64,000 bases of DNA from Guillardia theta CCMP2712 (Eukaryota; Protista; Cryptophyta). The translations under genes were made by a program, and so were the position numbers. The notes beneath the pieces were generated by a model, which worked only from the letters and a program-made list of their open reading frames with translations, made no database searches and was not told the origin of the DNA. Below are positions 62,193-64,000 of this stretch, piece after piece (position 1 is the stretch's first letter; the number at the start of each line of letters is the position of its first letter). The stretch lies in the NCBI RefSeq assembly GCF_000315625.1, contig NW_005434644.1, positions 512,998 to 576,997 on the forward strand. The letters run 5' to 3'.

Positions 62193-63780
62193 ATGGCGGA
62201 GGATCGCGAGGGCGAGGAGGTGGAAGAGAAGGAGACGAGCCAGCAGAAGAGAGGAGGAGAGGGAAGAGGAGAGGACATTGAGCGATCTGCCTTTACAGCA
62301 GCACAAGGACAGCAGGGCATCAGAGAAGAAGAGTGCCTTCCATGTCTCTTGTAGCATGAGAGGTCCGGGCAGTGACAAGCCCTGACACGCATCAATCCTG
62401 TTTTTGCCCTTGTCCCCAAGTGAATTATCTACTTGACACCATCTGATGTCTCCTCAGGATGGACTCGGAGCTCAGATAGTACTTGGCGATCAGGCTACCA
62501 GGATGAAGTCTGGATCAGCTTTGCCTCTCTCTTTCGCTTTTTTTCTGTTTCTCTGCATAATCCTTGCAACTGGTGAGATAGCTTCGTCTCATCGCGTCTT
62601 CTCTATCTAGTTCTCATGCACTCGTCATGCAGGACATGTTGCTGAGCATGATAACGAACATTTCGGGCTTCCAGACACGAGTCGTGAATTGGCCAGTCTT
62701 GACGTAACTGTATGAGATTCAACATCGCGGCTTGCTGATTTCTGTGAATCAACAGGAGATAGATCTACAGACACACAAGGCGCTTCATGCTGCCGCCGTT
62801 GCACATGCCATTCACAAGCGAGTGCAGCAGCTCTCGGATGGTCGACCGATCAATCTTCCAGTGAGCAACGATCGTGAACGCCATCGTTGCTGATCTTGTG
62901 CCTGTTAACGAGATCAGGTGATCCCTAAGAGTCCTCCTGTATGTAGCGCTCCTCCTTCCATGCGCTTCTGCAAGTCGGTCACTTATCCCGTCTATCGGCC
63001 GTCAGCAGATCATACCTTCGCAGAGGTTCGCACCCAATTGCTGCTGCCCCATCGTTGACCGGCAAGGCAGCTCGACTTCGATTCTCATGCCGTTTACAAG
63101 AAGATTGTGCCGCACATGCGAATTTCCGAGAAGTGCTGCTGATTCTCGGAGCCTCTCACTCCTCTCACCTGAGATCGTGCAGACATTTTGAGCTCCCTAT
63201 CATCGAATCTTGTCGGACCAACTTCCGCGAGTTCCTCTGTGAGTCTCCTTGAATGTGGCAGCTGAGCCCTTGGTGATGGCTGCTCAAGGTCTGCGAAATT
63301 TTCCGAGGTGTTGTCACGTGGGCTTGTGCAACAAGTATGGTGCGCCAGAACCTGTTCTGACGGCGTCGGATCTGTTGCCCACCGTGATGCTCACTTGGCG
63401 CACGTACTTCCAGAGCTGATCCTACGGCAGGACGATCGGCCTACTACTGTCACGTTTGTGAATGGCTCTCAGGACACCATGAGAGTCGAGATGGGAAGGA
63501 ACGACACGGTCAAGGTGAGCCGCCTGCAGGCCCTGGGTCGGGAGTTCTCAAAGCTTCACGGCAGGTGAAGATGGCAGAGGCCGCATGCCTCGAGGTCAGA
63601 GCTTCGCTCCTTCCTCTCCGATCTTCTACGTTGCAAGAGTGTCTGATGCCAACGGCAGTACGTCAAGACCTACACTCCGCTCTTCGATTGTCGCTCCTGG
63701 TGCACTCAGCTCCTGTCCAAGGACTGCCTCTACATGCTGTCTCAGGTGAGATCGCGCGCGGGCAGTTGCTAGCATGAATG
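62193..63780 (+). CDS. Hypothetical multi-exon protein with a Cys-rich, Frizzled-CRD-like segment
   Basis: Exon fragments PPVCSAPPSMRFCKSVTYPVY, ESCRTNFREFLC, RNFPRCCHVGLC; the model is uncertain. Confidence 0.4.
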
Positions 63781-64000
63781 CAAGGGTGAGACTATTTGTG
63801 GCAGGATTGTGAGAACTTGTGCTGGGGAGTGCATTCCGAGCGCTGCGCGTCAAGGGCACTGTGAGTAATCACTCGTTGATACACTTCCATCTCCTTCAAC
63901 ATGTCCAACATCATCATTCATCTCCTTCCTGGCATGCTATACCGATGGATGAGAAGCTGAAATCCAGCTTTATTAGGTATCAGATTGCAACAGGCAAGGA

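Noticed and set aside
1-64000. tRNA, rRNA, snRNA or intact transposase genes
   Set aside because: None recognisable by eye; tRNAscan-SE and Infernal would be needed to exclude them

Overview
Gene-dense eukaryotic nuclear DNA with short GT-AG introns (about 40-250 bp, CTGAC-like branch points), long CCT/GA microsatellites, CpG-rich intergenic islands and one N-gap. It looks like a cryptophyte alga (Guillardia theta-like); this is inferred from intron style and a cryptophyte-type bacteriorhodopsin-like gene, not from a database match. Recognisable genes: NMD3, RIF1, a multi-reader SNF2/ISWI-like remodeler, an MDR-family quinone oxidoreductase, a microbial rhodopsin, cohesin STAG/SCC3, GINS PSF3, PAN3, a RING-Bbox-Bbox-coiled-coil-SPRY (TRIM-like) protein and TruD/PUS7, plus LRR, EF-hand, triple FAR1/WRKY-like and several orphan proteins. 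The best candidate for a new system is 12517-16496, a ~1283-aa protein with [6TM]-[RelA/SpoT-like nucleotidyltransferase]-[6TM with an inserted ectodomain]-[RelA/SpoT-like domain]. That is the topology of animal membrane adenylyl cyclase but with alarmone-synthetase-like catalytic modules, and the two modules share a 239-bp identical core. Also notable are a rhodopsin with a remodelled retinal pocket and a 30-bp non-coding motif repeated beside the GC-rich islands. All exon boundaries, TM counts and domain calls were read by eye and are approximate.
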